DNA of 43,715 nucleotides from Octopus bimaculoides. Lineage: Eukaryota. The notes under the pieces were generated by a model, which was given only the letters and a program-made list of their open reading frames with translations, was not told the DNA's origin and searched no databases. This document shows positions 22,815-34,975 of the stretch, in pieces. The position numbers and the translations under genes were made by a program. Every line of letters starts with the position of its first letter. Position 1 is the first letter of the stretch. The DNA is taken from NCBI RefSeq assembly GCF_001194135.2, contig NC_068984.1, positions 47,709,656 through 47,753,370 of the forward strand, written 5' to 3'.

Positions 22815-24437
22815 TACGTGTGTGTGTGCGTGTGTGTGCGTGTGTGTGCGTGTGTGTGCGTGAGTATGTGCGTATACAAAAAGAGATAGGGAGAGAACAC
22901 AAAAGAGATTGAGGGGACAATTATAATCCTGGATCTCACCTCATTAGCACAACGTGCCCGGATCTTGGCAAGTGAGTATTCTAAAAGCAAACGGAAATCC
23001 TTAAGACTTCCATTTATATAAATGAGAGCACTACACAACTCCAACGTAAGATCCGATAGGATTAACTGAAGTCCTGCTGAATGAATAATAAAACTAATAA
23101 TTTAAATGACGAAAGGGGAAACCACATCGACAATAAAATTGTTTCCGGTGATGGATAATATTTTTATTCCATATCACATACAATTTTATGGAATTTATTC
23201 ATTGTTATGTAATGCATGCCATAATATATAGAAATATGTAATTATTCAATAGTCCATTCGCTTCCTTAGATGTCAAGATTTGAAGGCACCATGGATCAAA
23301 TGAATATTTGAGGATTAGTCCGTTTGAGCGTGTCACAATATGTAAATTGACTGTACGCTATTAACTTCCACTTGATATCCAACGTAGGGTTTAAGATAAT
23401 AAATGTTAATAAATCTTAATTAAAACGTTTAGAAGCAAGTCAAAATGAAGTTAAAATAAAGCCAATTGGAATTTATCTAATTGATCAAAGCATTAAGCTA
23501 CGCATTGAATAACCATCAGCCTATTAATGGCATTTGTGGTGACAATAGCAATAAAATAGGATTCGCAAAGAGAGTCTACGTTTTTAATTCACACACCCCT
23601 CACTTTTACAATCCCATCGAGACCACGCACACATCGACATACACAAATGCACACACTATGAGTACACTCACATACTTACGTACTCACTCAATCACACAAA
23701 AATTGCAATTTCAAGATGGAGGCACACAAAACATATATATATATATATATATATATANNNNNNNNNNNNNNNNNNNNNNNNNNNNNNNNNNNNNNNNNNN
23801 NNNNNNNNNNNNNNNNNNNNNNNNNNNNNNNNNNNNNNNNNNNNNNNNNNNNNNNNNNNNNNNNNNNNNNNNNNNNNNNNNNNNNNNNNNNNNNNNNNNN
23901 NNNNNNNNNNNNNNNNNNNNNNNNNNNNNNNNNNNNNNNNNNNNNNNNNNNNNNNNNNNNNNNNNNNNNNNNNNNNNNNNNNNNNNNNNNNNNNNNNNNN
24001 NNNNNNNNNNNNNNNNNNNNNNNNNNNNNNNNNNNNNNNNNNNNNNNNNNNNNNNNNNNNNNNNNNNNNNNNNNNNNNNNNNNNNNNNNNNNNNNNNNNN
24101 NNNNNNNNNNNNNNNNNNGACGTTGCAAACAAAACGTCGACAAGAAAATAATAATAACCAGAGTACAGAAAACACACAAGCCACATAGAGAACATTTTCC
24201 TTCATCAGCTACCCCCGTTTTAACACCGGCGTTTCGAAGAGTTGGGCAGGACGCATCGTTAAAACGGCTCTTCCCATGTATGTATATATACATAATAGAC
24301 ATATAAGTAAAGCAACGACAAGCAAACTAGGTACGTCTGGTTACATTTATTATTATTATTATTGTTAAGATAATTTGATACATACTAAATATATTATATA
24401 TCTAGACACGCGTACAAATATATACAAATAAACAAGC

Positions 24438-24630
24438 GTGTACATATTCACACACAGACACCCACAGACACACACAGATACCCCACAGACACACACAGAG
24501 ACACCCACAGACACAGACACACAGAGACACCGACAGACACACACAGAAACACTCACAGACACAGAAACACACAGACACAGACACACACACACACACACAT
24601 ACACACACATACATACACACACATACACAT
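24438..24630. repeat. Degenerate (CACAGA)n/(CA)n tract
   Basis: Direct reading. Confidence 0.9.
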
Positions 24631-26084
24631 CAAACTTTAAATTCGTTAACTTCTGGTCAATAAATTTCACTTTTCTCTTGTATTGTTTATGTAACATGAG
24701 AGTTAAGTTGTAAAAAGTATTGTGGAGTTGTACAGAGAATAGAGAAAAAAACAATGAATATTTATAAACATATATCAGTTTTGCAATATATTGTACGCCC
24801 CACCAGAAGTATAGGCCTGGTCACATCAAAGTGGGTACATTAATTCAAGGTAATGCACCAGCACGTTTTGTTAAATAAAAATGTGTCTAAGGGTATAAGT
24901 TTGAAATTGGACAGCAAATTAGGTTTCCAATTACAAATGGTAAAACAGATTTACATAAATGCATCTGAAGAATAAATTCAATAATTCATGTGTTGTAGAA
25001 AACGTACTATAAATGGTGTTTGTGAATTAATATTCTCTACTCAGCTTAGAATCATTGGATAATGTCACCGTGGAGAAAAAAGAAAAGAGAAAATAAACTC
25101 AATGTTTCTAAGGAAAACTAGCTCAAAATGAGATTTTAGTGAAACTAGTTGATATGAATTCCGTACTGAGACGAAATTTTGTTGGCTTTCATGATACTGT
25201 TAAGCTGTATGAAATTGTGTAACGTATGAGACACTATAACTGCAAGTGTTTTAGCTTGTGGAGCTGTCGTACACGACTGAAGTGATGTGGATGGTGACAT
25301 ATCAATGGACATGTAGCATAAAAGTTGCTACTACTGAAGCTGCAATGGCTTCTGTCTCCAAAGCTGTTATATTCCACAAAAGTTACTATTGGATAAACAC
25401 TGGGCGACTTACACTATTACGATGTGAATAGTTGCTAAAGTTAGTCAATAGAGAAGCACTGTCAGCATAATTATCTGTGTAATTGATGTGTTTCTTAGAA
25501 AAGACGCTGAAGTTGCAATTGCTCGTCCTTGTAACGCCGTTCCAGCCGGAAAAAAAATAGAAATGGTTTATAGATTTGAAAATAGACATTAATGTGAGTA
25601 TTGAAAAATGACAGGGTTCAAATTACAGTGTTAATAGAAAAAAAGCTTACATAAATGTGTTTGGAAAGTTAGCCGAGTACTTTATGCGTTGAATGATACA
25701 CGGTAATCGTGAATTAAAGTTCTTCCTTGAATGAATATTACACAGGTTTGAATGGATAATGACTCTGCTGTGAGAAAGAAGAGGAAATGAGTAAACTTGT
25801 TATAGGAACCTGGCAAAGCTTGAGATACAGCAAATGTGTTTTACATGTAGCTAAAACGTATCAAATATTTTACAATTTCCAGTTGAAGAAGAGAATCTGT
25901 TGATTCTTGAGTTAATGATAATCATCTACATGTGCATGGATTGCAAAAGACACTAATGTTGCAATGATTTATTCATATAAATACGTTGGATCTCGCCAAA
26001 TTGTTCAAGTGATTTTAGTGTTGTTTTTCACTATATTCTGTAAGAGGAAGTTAAAATGTAATTTTGTCAACGCGTACGCTGTTG

Positions 26085-26560
26085 TTTATCAGACGAAAAT
26101 CACTCTATCCCAAAATGAACTGGATTTTTCTGACATCTCCTTAGCTCATTTCTTTCTTTTCATGATATTAATTGGTTGAAGGAGAGGTTTTCTTCTAGCT
26201 GCTCGTCCATAATACCCATGATCATGCAGATATGTAACACACGTTCTNNNNNNNNNNACACACGTTCTTGGACTAACTTCTAGCTGTTTTGCAATGACAG
26301 AAGCCTTCGAACGGGGTTCGTTTTCCACAGTTCTCTTCAATCAGCGAAGCTTCCTTTCCGAGGGCCCTGGTCGGCCGGGACGAAAATCTGTTGATTCTTT
26401 TCCTTGGCTTTTGAATTGCACTATAAGTCTATTAACAGTAGCAAGAGGAATTTGAAGATTTTCGGCAATTTTTCGCTGCCTAAGACCAGCCTCAGATTGC
26501 CCAACAATACGACCTCTTTGAAAATCTGTCAGTTCTGCTGAATTTTTTTTGTGCATGGCA
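26085..26560 (-). mobile_element. Tc1-like transposase pseudogene, N-terminal HTH region to just before the first catalytic Asp
   Basis: [12 protein letters not shown]...[16 protein letters not shown]...RPGRP; then VSPRTCVTYLHDHGYYGRAARRKPLL...KRKK(W)AKEM...FWDRVIF. Contains stops and frameshifts. Confidence 0.85.
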
Positions 26561-26805
26561 TGGTTACTCTTCGCAAATGTTTAATATAATGGCACCTGGA
26601 ATGAAAAAGAATAATTACATTGTAAATTATACACCGCTGAAAACATATTAAGACGCCTAGATAAGACATTTTGAGAATTAAATGTTTCAATTAACTTCCT
26701 GCATGTCTGTGTATAGTCCAGGGGTTCATTTTTAACCCGCAGCTTTTTTTCCTTTTCTTTATTTCCTTTCTTTTTTCCTTACTTTCTTCTTTTCGTTTTG
26801 ACCGG

Positions 26806-29245
26806 CTACGCTAGCACGGTCCCGTTCATACTCAACTTCCTTTCCACAGTTTTCCATCGTTTTCCGTACATACTCTGAGGCAGGTACCTTTTCTCCAGAC
26901 GGACCTTTCTTAGCAGGTGGAAGTTAAAATAACTTACCAACCCGCATCTGGAGATAAAGTAGCCTGTCTCAGTCCCTATCGCACGTGTCATCCAGATTGT
27001 ATCTTTCGGTATGGCTACAACGCAGAGAAAAGATGCCTTCTTTTGCTTGTTAAAGGAGGGAGGCGGTACTATCGTAACGATGGACTCAGTTGAGAGCTGT
27101 ACTCTTTCTTCATCCGACACCAGTTGTGCGATAGAGGCTATCAACTCCTTCAGCTCCTCACGGTCTACGAAGGCGTGCGCGACAGTTTCACTGATGCGCC
27201 CGCACATCGAGCATGTGGAGGAGGTGTCAAAACCTATCTGGACAACCTCTCTCGAACACGTAAGGCTGATCGTTTGCACAACCAAGCCAAGGATTTTTGG
27301 AAGTTATCCAGATACTTGGCGCGAATGTCCACCCGAACTTGCTGGTCAGTTGTTCCTCATCGAGGCCTTGAGTCTCCCCCAGGACATCGTCAGATTCATA
27401 CTCTACCAACGGTTTCTGGTAGCAGATGGAACGCCTCACTAGTGGTGTTTTCCCTGTCCAAAAAAAACGGAAAAGGATCCGTTCCAACTTGGTCAGCTAC
27501 AAACCGGGGCAAGGCACGACGGTTAGGCAGTAGGTTGTCATAAATGCTATAAGCACCTGAGCAAACTCGGCCCTTCCTAGCAGGATAACGTCCTCCCAGA
27601 CAAGGTTTGGGTTATGATCATCACCTTACTCGTCACCTCGCTCCAGTTTTTCTTCACCTGGAGATCTGGTCCAAACCAAATTCCGAGCAATTTAACCGGG
27701 CCCTCCGTCCAGCATCCGACGACGCTGTTGGGAGGCATTGACTTACCGTGCCAAGTGTCGAGTTGCAAGCCAACTGATTTCACCTGGTTATTTTTTGCCC
27801 CTGCCACCGCTTTGTATCTTTTGATGGCATTTTCTACACGAGGTGGCTACCCTTCATCAGACACGATGATGGTAATATCATCCGCATATAACGTCCAACT
27901 TCTACCGCAAGACAGATCACGCAGGTCTGCCCCCATAGTCCCCAATCTCCGCAGCAGTGGCTCAAGAGCCAATACATACAGGAGCGGGGACTGGGGGCAG
28001 CCCTGGCAAACCGAACACTAGATCGCGAACGGGTTCGAGAAGAACCCATACCCACGGACGACAAATTCGATGTTGCCATACAATGCTTCGATCCAGCCTC
28101 GAAAAATCGGGTCCAGTTTAACTGCCCGGAGGACCGCCGCCAGATATCGATGATCGATCCTATCGAATGCCTTAGACTGGTCCAAATTCACCAGTGCCCA
28201 CCTTTGCCAGGAAGAACTTTACCAACCCTTTCTTTGGTGTAGCGAATGAGATGAAGATTGTTATGTATCGTCCTTCCTGGGATGGCACATGTGTGTGCTT
28301 CTCCCACCAGGTCGTCTACAACAATCCTCACTCTCTTGGCTAGCACCTTGGCTAAAATCTTTAACTCTGTCTTTAGCAGACTTATGGGCCGAAAATGATT
28401 AATGTCATCCCCTTGCTCGGGTCCTTCATGATCATTGTCACCACTCCTCGGCTCGCAGATTTGGAAATTCTACCATTCTTATGCCAATTCGCGTACACAC
28501 TGGCCAGTATGTTCCCGAACAAGTCTGGCATACTTTTATAAAATTCGTAAGGTAGACTATCCAATGCCGGCGACTTGTCCCCGGGGCACTCGGAAAGCTC
28601 CTCTATAACCTCCCCAGCCATGATCGGCCCTTCACAGCGCTCAGCGTCACGTGCAGAAAGACGCGGGCCGTTGGCCAGGAAATCCCGGAGGGCATCTCCA
28701 TGATCCAGCGTCCCGCTCCTCCAGAACAACGCAGCAAAAGCCTTGCACATCTCCTCATGTCCTTCGATCTCCTGTCCATGTCCGTTAACAACAGACCTTA
28801 TCGTAGCATTCACGCCACGTTGGGTTTCTACCGAGCGAGCCCACCTGGCAACGTTGATATCCTCGTGACCCAGTGCCCGTACTTTAGCCCGAACTCTGCA
28901 TCCTTCGTGTTTGGGATTGAGGTGTCGGTCCAAGGCCGATCTCGCCGCCAAAACTTGGGGTGCAGACCCCATTCTCAGCGCCTCTTCTAACGCGTTAACT
29001 GAATTCCTTTCTATTCTAGTCTGCTCTAAACTTAGCTGCCTGCTAAATCTAATCGACTCAAGTCGAATGGCTCTTTTGAGGGCCCTCCACCACCGGTTAT
29101 TTAACACGGGGCCGGTTAATGCCCTTATTACTAACACCTTAATCTGGCTCCGGTAAGTTTCGCAATCTAATAGGGACTTGTTCAACTTCCAATAGCCAGA
29201 TCCCTGTCTATGAACTTTATCTATATGCAACCCACACGTCACTAA
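26806..29245 (-). mobile_element. Tx1/L1-like LINE ORF2 pseudogene (end of APE, RT, C-terminal Cys/His region)
   Basis: GSGYWKLNKSLL...KSPALDSLPYEFY...FRPISLL...DQSKAFDRIDH...QGCPQSPLLY...YADD (27877-27888)...LLGIWFG...ERILFRFFW...CSMCGRISETVAHAF. Several frameshifts and stops. Confidence 0.93.
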
Positions 29246-29249
29246 ATTA

Positions 29250-29655
29250 GAGGAAGAACAATTATTTATAAATCTTATGGCGCACTATAGAAGAAATTTG
29301 AATATTTTGAAGAGAGCACCGTGGAAAAGTGTCTTGGGGCGATATTAAATCAAATAAAATACCTGACATGAGGCCTTATATTTGCGAAGCTAGAAGCTAG
29401 GTTGGAGTTTGCAGAGAAGGCGAGAGAGTGCTCGACTCGGTGCTTGCAGAACAGCAAATTAATGCTCTTACCATTATATTTGGGACGAAGGACATCCCGA
29501 ATAAAAATAAAAAAACATTCCACCAGAAGTTGAGGCGGCGTGGGTCGTGGCCACCATATTGTACGGAAGAGAGGACAAGATAAATATAATATAGATCTCC
29601 AGAGGCGCTCCACAAAACTGGCGAGGCCAAACTCTAGAGATCCTCGCGCAGGCCA
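29250..29655 (-). other. GC/CpG-richer segment, possibly the 5' UTR/ORF1 start of the adjacent Tx1-like element
   Basis: Directly upstream of the truncated ORF2 on the same strand; starts right after (TATG)7; ATG-initiated remnant MVATTHAASTSGG. Homology not verified. Confidence 0.3.
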
Positions 29656-29681
29656 CATACATACATACATACATACATACA

Positions 29682-30240
29682 TACACCCTCTTCCTCCAAG
29701 ACTAGTGTGAAACTAATAACATTATCACAGCAGAACAAGCAGCTGGGGAGAAAGGAGTCAGGGGATGTGTGAGAGATTGCTTATGAACAAAACTGTGATA
29801 TCAGAGGTGCGAGAGCGTAGGAAGAACCTAGTTTGAATGTAGGTGGATTAGAAGAAAGACTTTGATTCTGTTCCCCATTTATGAATGCTAGAAGCCCTTC
29901 AACTTGCTAAAGTTCCAGTGATAATAGTCAAAGTCATAGCTGACTTGAGTTCATCATGGGCTACCATCTTGAAATTAAACACAAAGATTGACTATTATCA
30001 CCGACAGAATACAATATCACAAAGGCATTTTCGAAAGAGACCACCTCTCTGTGATGTTTATACTTTCTGTAAAGCCTTTGTCAGTCATGTTAAGGAAGTC
30101 TGAAGGGTATCCCACTGGTTCACAAGGAAACAGAAATACCAAAATTACACGCTGTTTTTTTGTGGATGACTTAAAACTTTATGCAAAAATATGCATGAGA
30201 TGAAAAAGAGCCTTGACCTAGCTACAACATTCTCAAAGGA
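29682..30240 (+). mobile_element. RLE-type LINE RT core pseudogene, 5'-truncated at (CATA)7
   Basis: LFLQD*CETNNIITAEQAAGEKGVRGC...KKDFDSVPH...LEALQLAKVP...KGIFERDHLS...FFVDDLKLYAK (FVDD 30159-30170). Confidence 0.85.
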
Positions 30241-30289
30241 ATGCTTGAATGCTTGAAATTTATAGAATGACAATGCCTGCACATTAAAT

Positions 30290-30445
30290 GGTGGCTGCTG
30301 GACGACCCTATGTCTAACAACAGGACTTTGCATCATGCCCCAATCAGAAGAACCCAGTCATGGCTGTCAGACAATTTCTGCGACCATATCTCCCCTTACA
30401 TCTGGCTACCTAACACCCCACACTGCAACTCCCTTGAGTATTACT
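30290..30445 (+). mobile_element. Isolated maT/DD37D-like transposase catalytic fragment without TIRs
   Basis: VAAGRPYV*QQDFASC(H)...TQSWLSDNFCDHISPYIWLPNTPHCNSLEYY resembles PYVWQQDSAPCH...WPPNSPDCNPLDY. Confidence 0.75.
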
Positions 30446-30699
30446 TCCCAACAACATGGAGTTGCTTGAAATTTATCGAATGATAATGCCTGCACATTAA
30501 ATATAATGTTTGGTGGCATACTGGATTGACGATAGGGAGTTTATTTGACGCCTATACCCAAATAGCATGTTAGTATATCGGATCATTTGTCCGCCAGGAG
30601 GCCAATGTCTCTCCAGTGTGGTATACAGAGCAACGCGTACTGTAATAAATAATACCAAAACACTCTGCGGCTGCCTTTAAAGGACTTCATTGGCACGAT

Positions 30700-30900
30700 G
30701 AAGATGGACTCTTTTGAAAGTCTAGGGACAAGGGGACTGTCTACTTACATAATACATTTCATTTAGAATTTCAGAGATCAGATACAAAGTTTCCTTGCTG
30801 TGACCTAGAGAAATACCCAATCACAAGACTCAAAACATCAAGGGACCCCTAGTTTTTACTATATGAAAAGTTTCACATGTTAAAGCAATCACTGTACTCC
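30700..30900 (+). mobile_element. Possible highly degraded LINE RT fragment
   Basis: Frameshifted remnants RWTLLKV*GQGDCLL / HFI*NF / YKVSL; weak similarity to RT domains 3-4. Confidence 0.25.
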
Positions 30901-32834
30901 TCAACAAGAATTCAGAAATGATTTCCTTTAGCTGTCAGGATCAAAATTTTTCCTGCTCCATTTCCAATCATACATTCCATGGAGAACTAAAGAGTGAGCT
31001 CCCTTAGAAATGGAAAATTTGAAAGGGAGCGAAAATTCGTAATATTTGACATATCCCCACTACCACGACAAAAAAAAAAAAAAAAGGAAAAAAACCCCAG
31101 CAAGCAAGATTGAACGGACTTTAAAGTCAAACGTGGAAAACACTCGAATGTCAGCAGACTGATGAATTACGACTCAACTGTAACCAAACCCAAAGTAAAG
31201 ACAGTAGAATTATCAATTGGTAACCAACAGATAGTCACATGCTCATATAGACATATATACACACACAAACACACGCACTAACATACATGCGCACGCACGC
31301 ACACATACAAACACACGTACAAATATTTCCACGTACAATTATTTACACATCTGCGCACAAACACACACGCACACATACATATGTAATATATACAAATTTA
31401 AAAACTTTTTCGCTACGTTTCTGGAACATCTTTTTCGTCTGAAACGCATTTTCCCTGTACGTTGTGTGTATGTGTGCGTATGCGTGTGTGTGTGTGTGCG
31501 TGCGCCTGCGTACGTTTGTGTGTGTGTGTGTGTGTGTGTGTGAGTGATTCTTAGAAATACAGAAACTTCTCTTAAATTTTCTATGTTCCTATTACTACGT
31601 GAACAGTCTCGTTACGTATCGCATTCTTTCAGGTATGAAGGAAAACTTATGGTTAGAGCACGTGTGAAGAGATGGTGTCCATATGTTTTAGAATCTCACA
31701 TATGTCTTATTTTAGCAAGACCTCACTCATCATTCATCTAAGTCAACATTTCCCTTACACTCTGCAAAGATCTCATCATAGAATATACGCAAGGGTCGGA
31801 TATAGTAAAAGAAAATGTTTATATATATATATACNNNNNNNNNNNNNNNNNNNNNNNNNNNNNNNNNNNNNNNNNNNNNNNNNNNNNNNNNNNNNNNNNN
31901 NNNNNNNNNNNNNNNNNNNNNNNNNNNNNNNNNNNNNNNNNNNNNNNNNNNNNNNNNNNNNNNNNNNNNNNNNNNNNNNNNNNNNNNNNNNNNNNNNNNN
32001 NNNNNNNNNNNNNNNNNNNNNNNNNNNNNNNNNNNNNNNNNNNNNNNNNNNNNNNNNNNNNNNNNNNNNNNNNNNNNNNNNNNNNNNNNNNNNNNNNNNN
32101 NNNNNNNNNNNNNNNNNNNNNNNNNNNNNNNNNNNNNNNNNNNNNNNNNNNNNNNNNNNNNNNNNNNNNNNNNNNNNNNNNNNNNNNNNNNNNNNNNNNN
32201 NNNNNNNNNNNNNNNNNNNNNNNNNNNNNNNNNNNNNNNNNNNNNNNNNNNNNNNNNNNNNNNNNNNNNNNNNNNNNNNNNNNNNNNNNNNNNNNNNNNN
32301 NNNNNNNNNNNNNNNNNNNNNNNNNNNNNNNNNNNNNNNNNNNNNNNNNNNNNNNNNNNNNNNNNNNNNNNNNNNNNNNNNNNNNNNNNNNNNNNNNNNN
32401 NNNNNNNNNNNNNNNNNNNNNNNNNNNNNNNNNNNNNNNNNNNNNNNNNNNNNNNNNNNNNNNNNNNNNNNNNNNNNNNNNNNNNNNNNNNNNNNNNNNN
32501 NNNNNNNNNNNNNNNNNNNNNNNNNNNNNNNNNNNNNNNNNNNNNNNNNNNNNNNNNNNNNNNNNNNNNNNNNNNNNNNNNNNNNNNNNNNNNNNNNNNN
32601 NNNNNNNNNNNNNNNNNNNNNNNNNNNNNNNNNNNNNNNNNNNNNNNNNNNNNNNNNNNNNNNNNNNNNNNNNNNNNNNNNNNNNNNNNNNNNNNNNNNN
32701 NNNNNNNNNNNNNNNNNNNNNNNNNNNNNNNNNNNNNNNNNNNNNNNNNNNNNNNNNNNNNNNNNNNNNNNNNNNNNNNNNNNNNNNNNNNNNNNNNNNN
32801 NNNNNNNNNNNNNNNNNNNNNNNNNNNNNNNNNN

Positions 32835-32870
<36 letters not shown>

Positions 32871-33029
32871 GCATATATATATATATACACGCATACATAT
32901 GTATATATATATGTGCATATATATAGGTATATATATATAAATATATATATATATATAAACAGATATTGGATATATAAATGTATGTTTGTATGTATTTATA
33001 TGTGTGTGTAAGTGTGCATGTAATTGTAA

Positions 33030-33238
33030 GTAGCCATGTGATAAGAAATTTGCCTCCCAACAACACAGTTCCGGTTTAAGTCTCATGACGTGGCAGCTTG
33101 AACATGTGTTTTTACTATAGCCCTAGGCCAACTAAAGGCATATGAGGTGATTTGGGAGACGCAAATTGAAAGAAGGCTATCATATATATGATATATGATA
33201 TATATATATATACACGGTATTTACAGATTGTATATATA
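33030..33238 (+). mobile_element. Diverged SINE family B 5' half, running into (TA)n and a gap
   Basis: GTAGCCATGTGATAAGAAATTTGC...TACTATAGCCCTAGGCCAACTAAAG...AAATTGAAAGAAGGC matches the B head. Confidence 0.7.
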
Positions 33239-33796
33239 NNNNNNNNNNNNNNNNNNNNNNNNNNNNNNNNNNNNNNNNNNNNNNNNNNNNNNNNNNNNNN
33301 NNNNNNNNNNNNNNNNNNNNNNNNNNNNNNNNNNNNNNNNNNNNNNNNNNNNNNNNNNNNNNNNNNNNNNNNNNNNNNNNNNNNNNNNNNNNNNNNNNNN
33401 NNNNNNNNNNNNNNNNNNNNNNNNNNNNNNNNNNNNNNNNNNNNNNNNNNNNNNNNNNNNNNNNNNNNNNNNNNNNNNNNNNNNNNNNNNNNNNNNNNNN
33501 NNNNNNNNNNNNNNNNNNNNNNNNNNNNNNNNNNNNNNNNNNNNNNNNNNNNNNNNNNNNNNNNNNNNNNNNNNNNNNNNNNNNNNNNNNNNNNNNNNNN
33601 NNNNNNNNNNNNNNNNNNNNNNNNNNNNNNNNNNNNNNNNNNNNNNNNNNNNNNNNNNNNNNNNNNNNNNNNNNNNNNNNNNNNNNNNNNNNNNNNNNNN
33701 NNNNNNNNNNNNNNNNNNNNNNNNNNNNNNNNNNNNNNNNNNNNNNNNNNNNNNNNNNNNNNNNNNNNNNNNNNNNNNNNNNNNNNNNNNNNNNNN

Positions 33797-33851
<55 letters not shown>

Positions 33852-34041
33852 TATGTATGCATGTATGTATGTATATATACGACGAGCTTCTTACAGTCTC
33901 CGTCTACCAACTCCACTCATAAGACTTGGTCGGTTCGAGGCTATAGTAGAAGGCATTTGCCCAAGGTGCCATGTAGTGGAACTGAACGCAAAATCATATG
34001 GTTAGGGAGCAACCTTCTTTCCTCATAGCCATGCCTGCGTC
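33797..34041 (-). mobile_element. SINE family B 5' half on the opposite strand
   Basis: GGCTATAGTAGAAGGCATTTGCCCAAGGTGCCATGTAGTGGAACTGAAC is the reverse complement of the B head. Confidence 0.82.
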
Positions 34042-34049
34042 TACATACA

Positions 34050-34350
34050 TACATGTGTGCGTGTGTGTGTATGTGCGTATGTGTGTGTGTGTGCGTGCGT
34101 GTGTACGTGAGTGCGTGCGAGTATGCGTATGGGAGTGTGTGCGAGTGCATATCTGCATTTTTGTGTTTGTTCACACTACCGCTTGACATCCATTTGTTTA
34201 TGTCTAAGTAAATGTTGTTTGGCAAAAGAAACAGATAAATATATGTACGAGGCTTAAAAAAGTACGGTAAGTACTGGTGTCGATTCTTTCTACTAAACTC
34301 TTGAAACTGGTATGCAGCATGGCCGCAGACCGGTGGCTGTAACATAAAAG
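34050..34350 (+). mobile_element. Diverged SINE family B 3' half, (TG)n plus tail
   Basis: CGCTTGACA...TTTGGCAAAAGAAACAGATAAA...AAGTACTGGTGTCGATT...CAGCATGGCCGCAG. Confidence 0.65.
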
Positions 34351-34370
34351 AAAAAATACATGTGTTTAAA

Positions 34371-34577
34371 TACGCGGGGCTGCTGAAAAGTTCCTGGCTT
34401 TGAGGGTGTCACGAAAAGCCTTGTTGGAGACCCAATCTTCTTTTACAGGTTTTAGAAAGGACCTGTAATAAGTGTATGATTCTGAAGCGTGTATACAGTG
34501 AATAGAGTTATAATTAACTGATACCCCAGTATTTTGTTTTACGCAGAGCCACGAACTCTTTAGCATGCCACCTCGTA
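34371..34577 (+). mobile_element. About 207-bp mariner-derived MITE
   Basis: Imperfect TIRs TACGCGGGGCTGCTGAAAAGTTCCTGGCT and AGCCACGAACTCTTTAGCATGCCACCTCGTA. The internal AAGTGTATGATTCTGAAGCGTGTATACAGTGAATA resembles the mariner stop region (KC...G.YVE*). Confidence 0.72.
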
Positions 34578-34593
34578 CATACGTAAACGCATA

Positions 34594-34975
34594 GTAGTTG
34601 GCACTTCGTCGCTTACGACGTCGAGGTTTCCAGTTGATCCGATCAATGGAACTGCTCGTGAAATTAACGTGCACATGGCTGAGCACTCTACAGACACGTG
34701 TACGCTTAACGTAGTTCTCGGGGATATTCAGCGTGACACAGTGTGACTAGGCTGACTCTTTGAATTACAGGCACAACAGAGACAGGAAGTAAGAGTGAGA
34801 GAAAGTTGTGGTGAAAGAGTACAGCAGGGTTCGCCACCATCCCCTGCCGGAGCCTCGTGGAGCTTTAGGTGTTTTCGCTCAATAAACACGCACAACGCCC
34901 GGTCTGAGAATCGAAACCGCGATCCTATGACCGCGAGTCCGCTGCCCTAACGACTGGGCCATTGCGCCTCCACAT
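34594..34975 (-). mobile_element. Full-length SINE family A, copy 3
   Basis: Collinear with copies 1 and 2; 11-bp TSD GTAAACGCATA at 34583-34593 and 34976-34986. Confidence 0.93.

Noticed and set aside
22900-23050. Donor-like GTGAGT/GTAAGA sites after a short open frame
   Set aside because: No upstream acceptor or start, and no homology recognised.
25120-25400. Weak hAT-transposase-like words (NFVGFHDT)
   Set aside because: Too short and frameshifted to support.
26237-26268. 11-bp direct repeat ACACACGTTCT flanking a 10-N gap
   Set aside because: An unmerged contig overlap; removing it restores VSPRTCVTYLHDHG.
31672-34028. Long 200-430 aa ORFs in the track
   Set aside because: They are translations of N-gaps and (TA)n runs.
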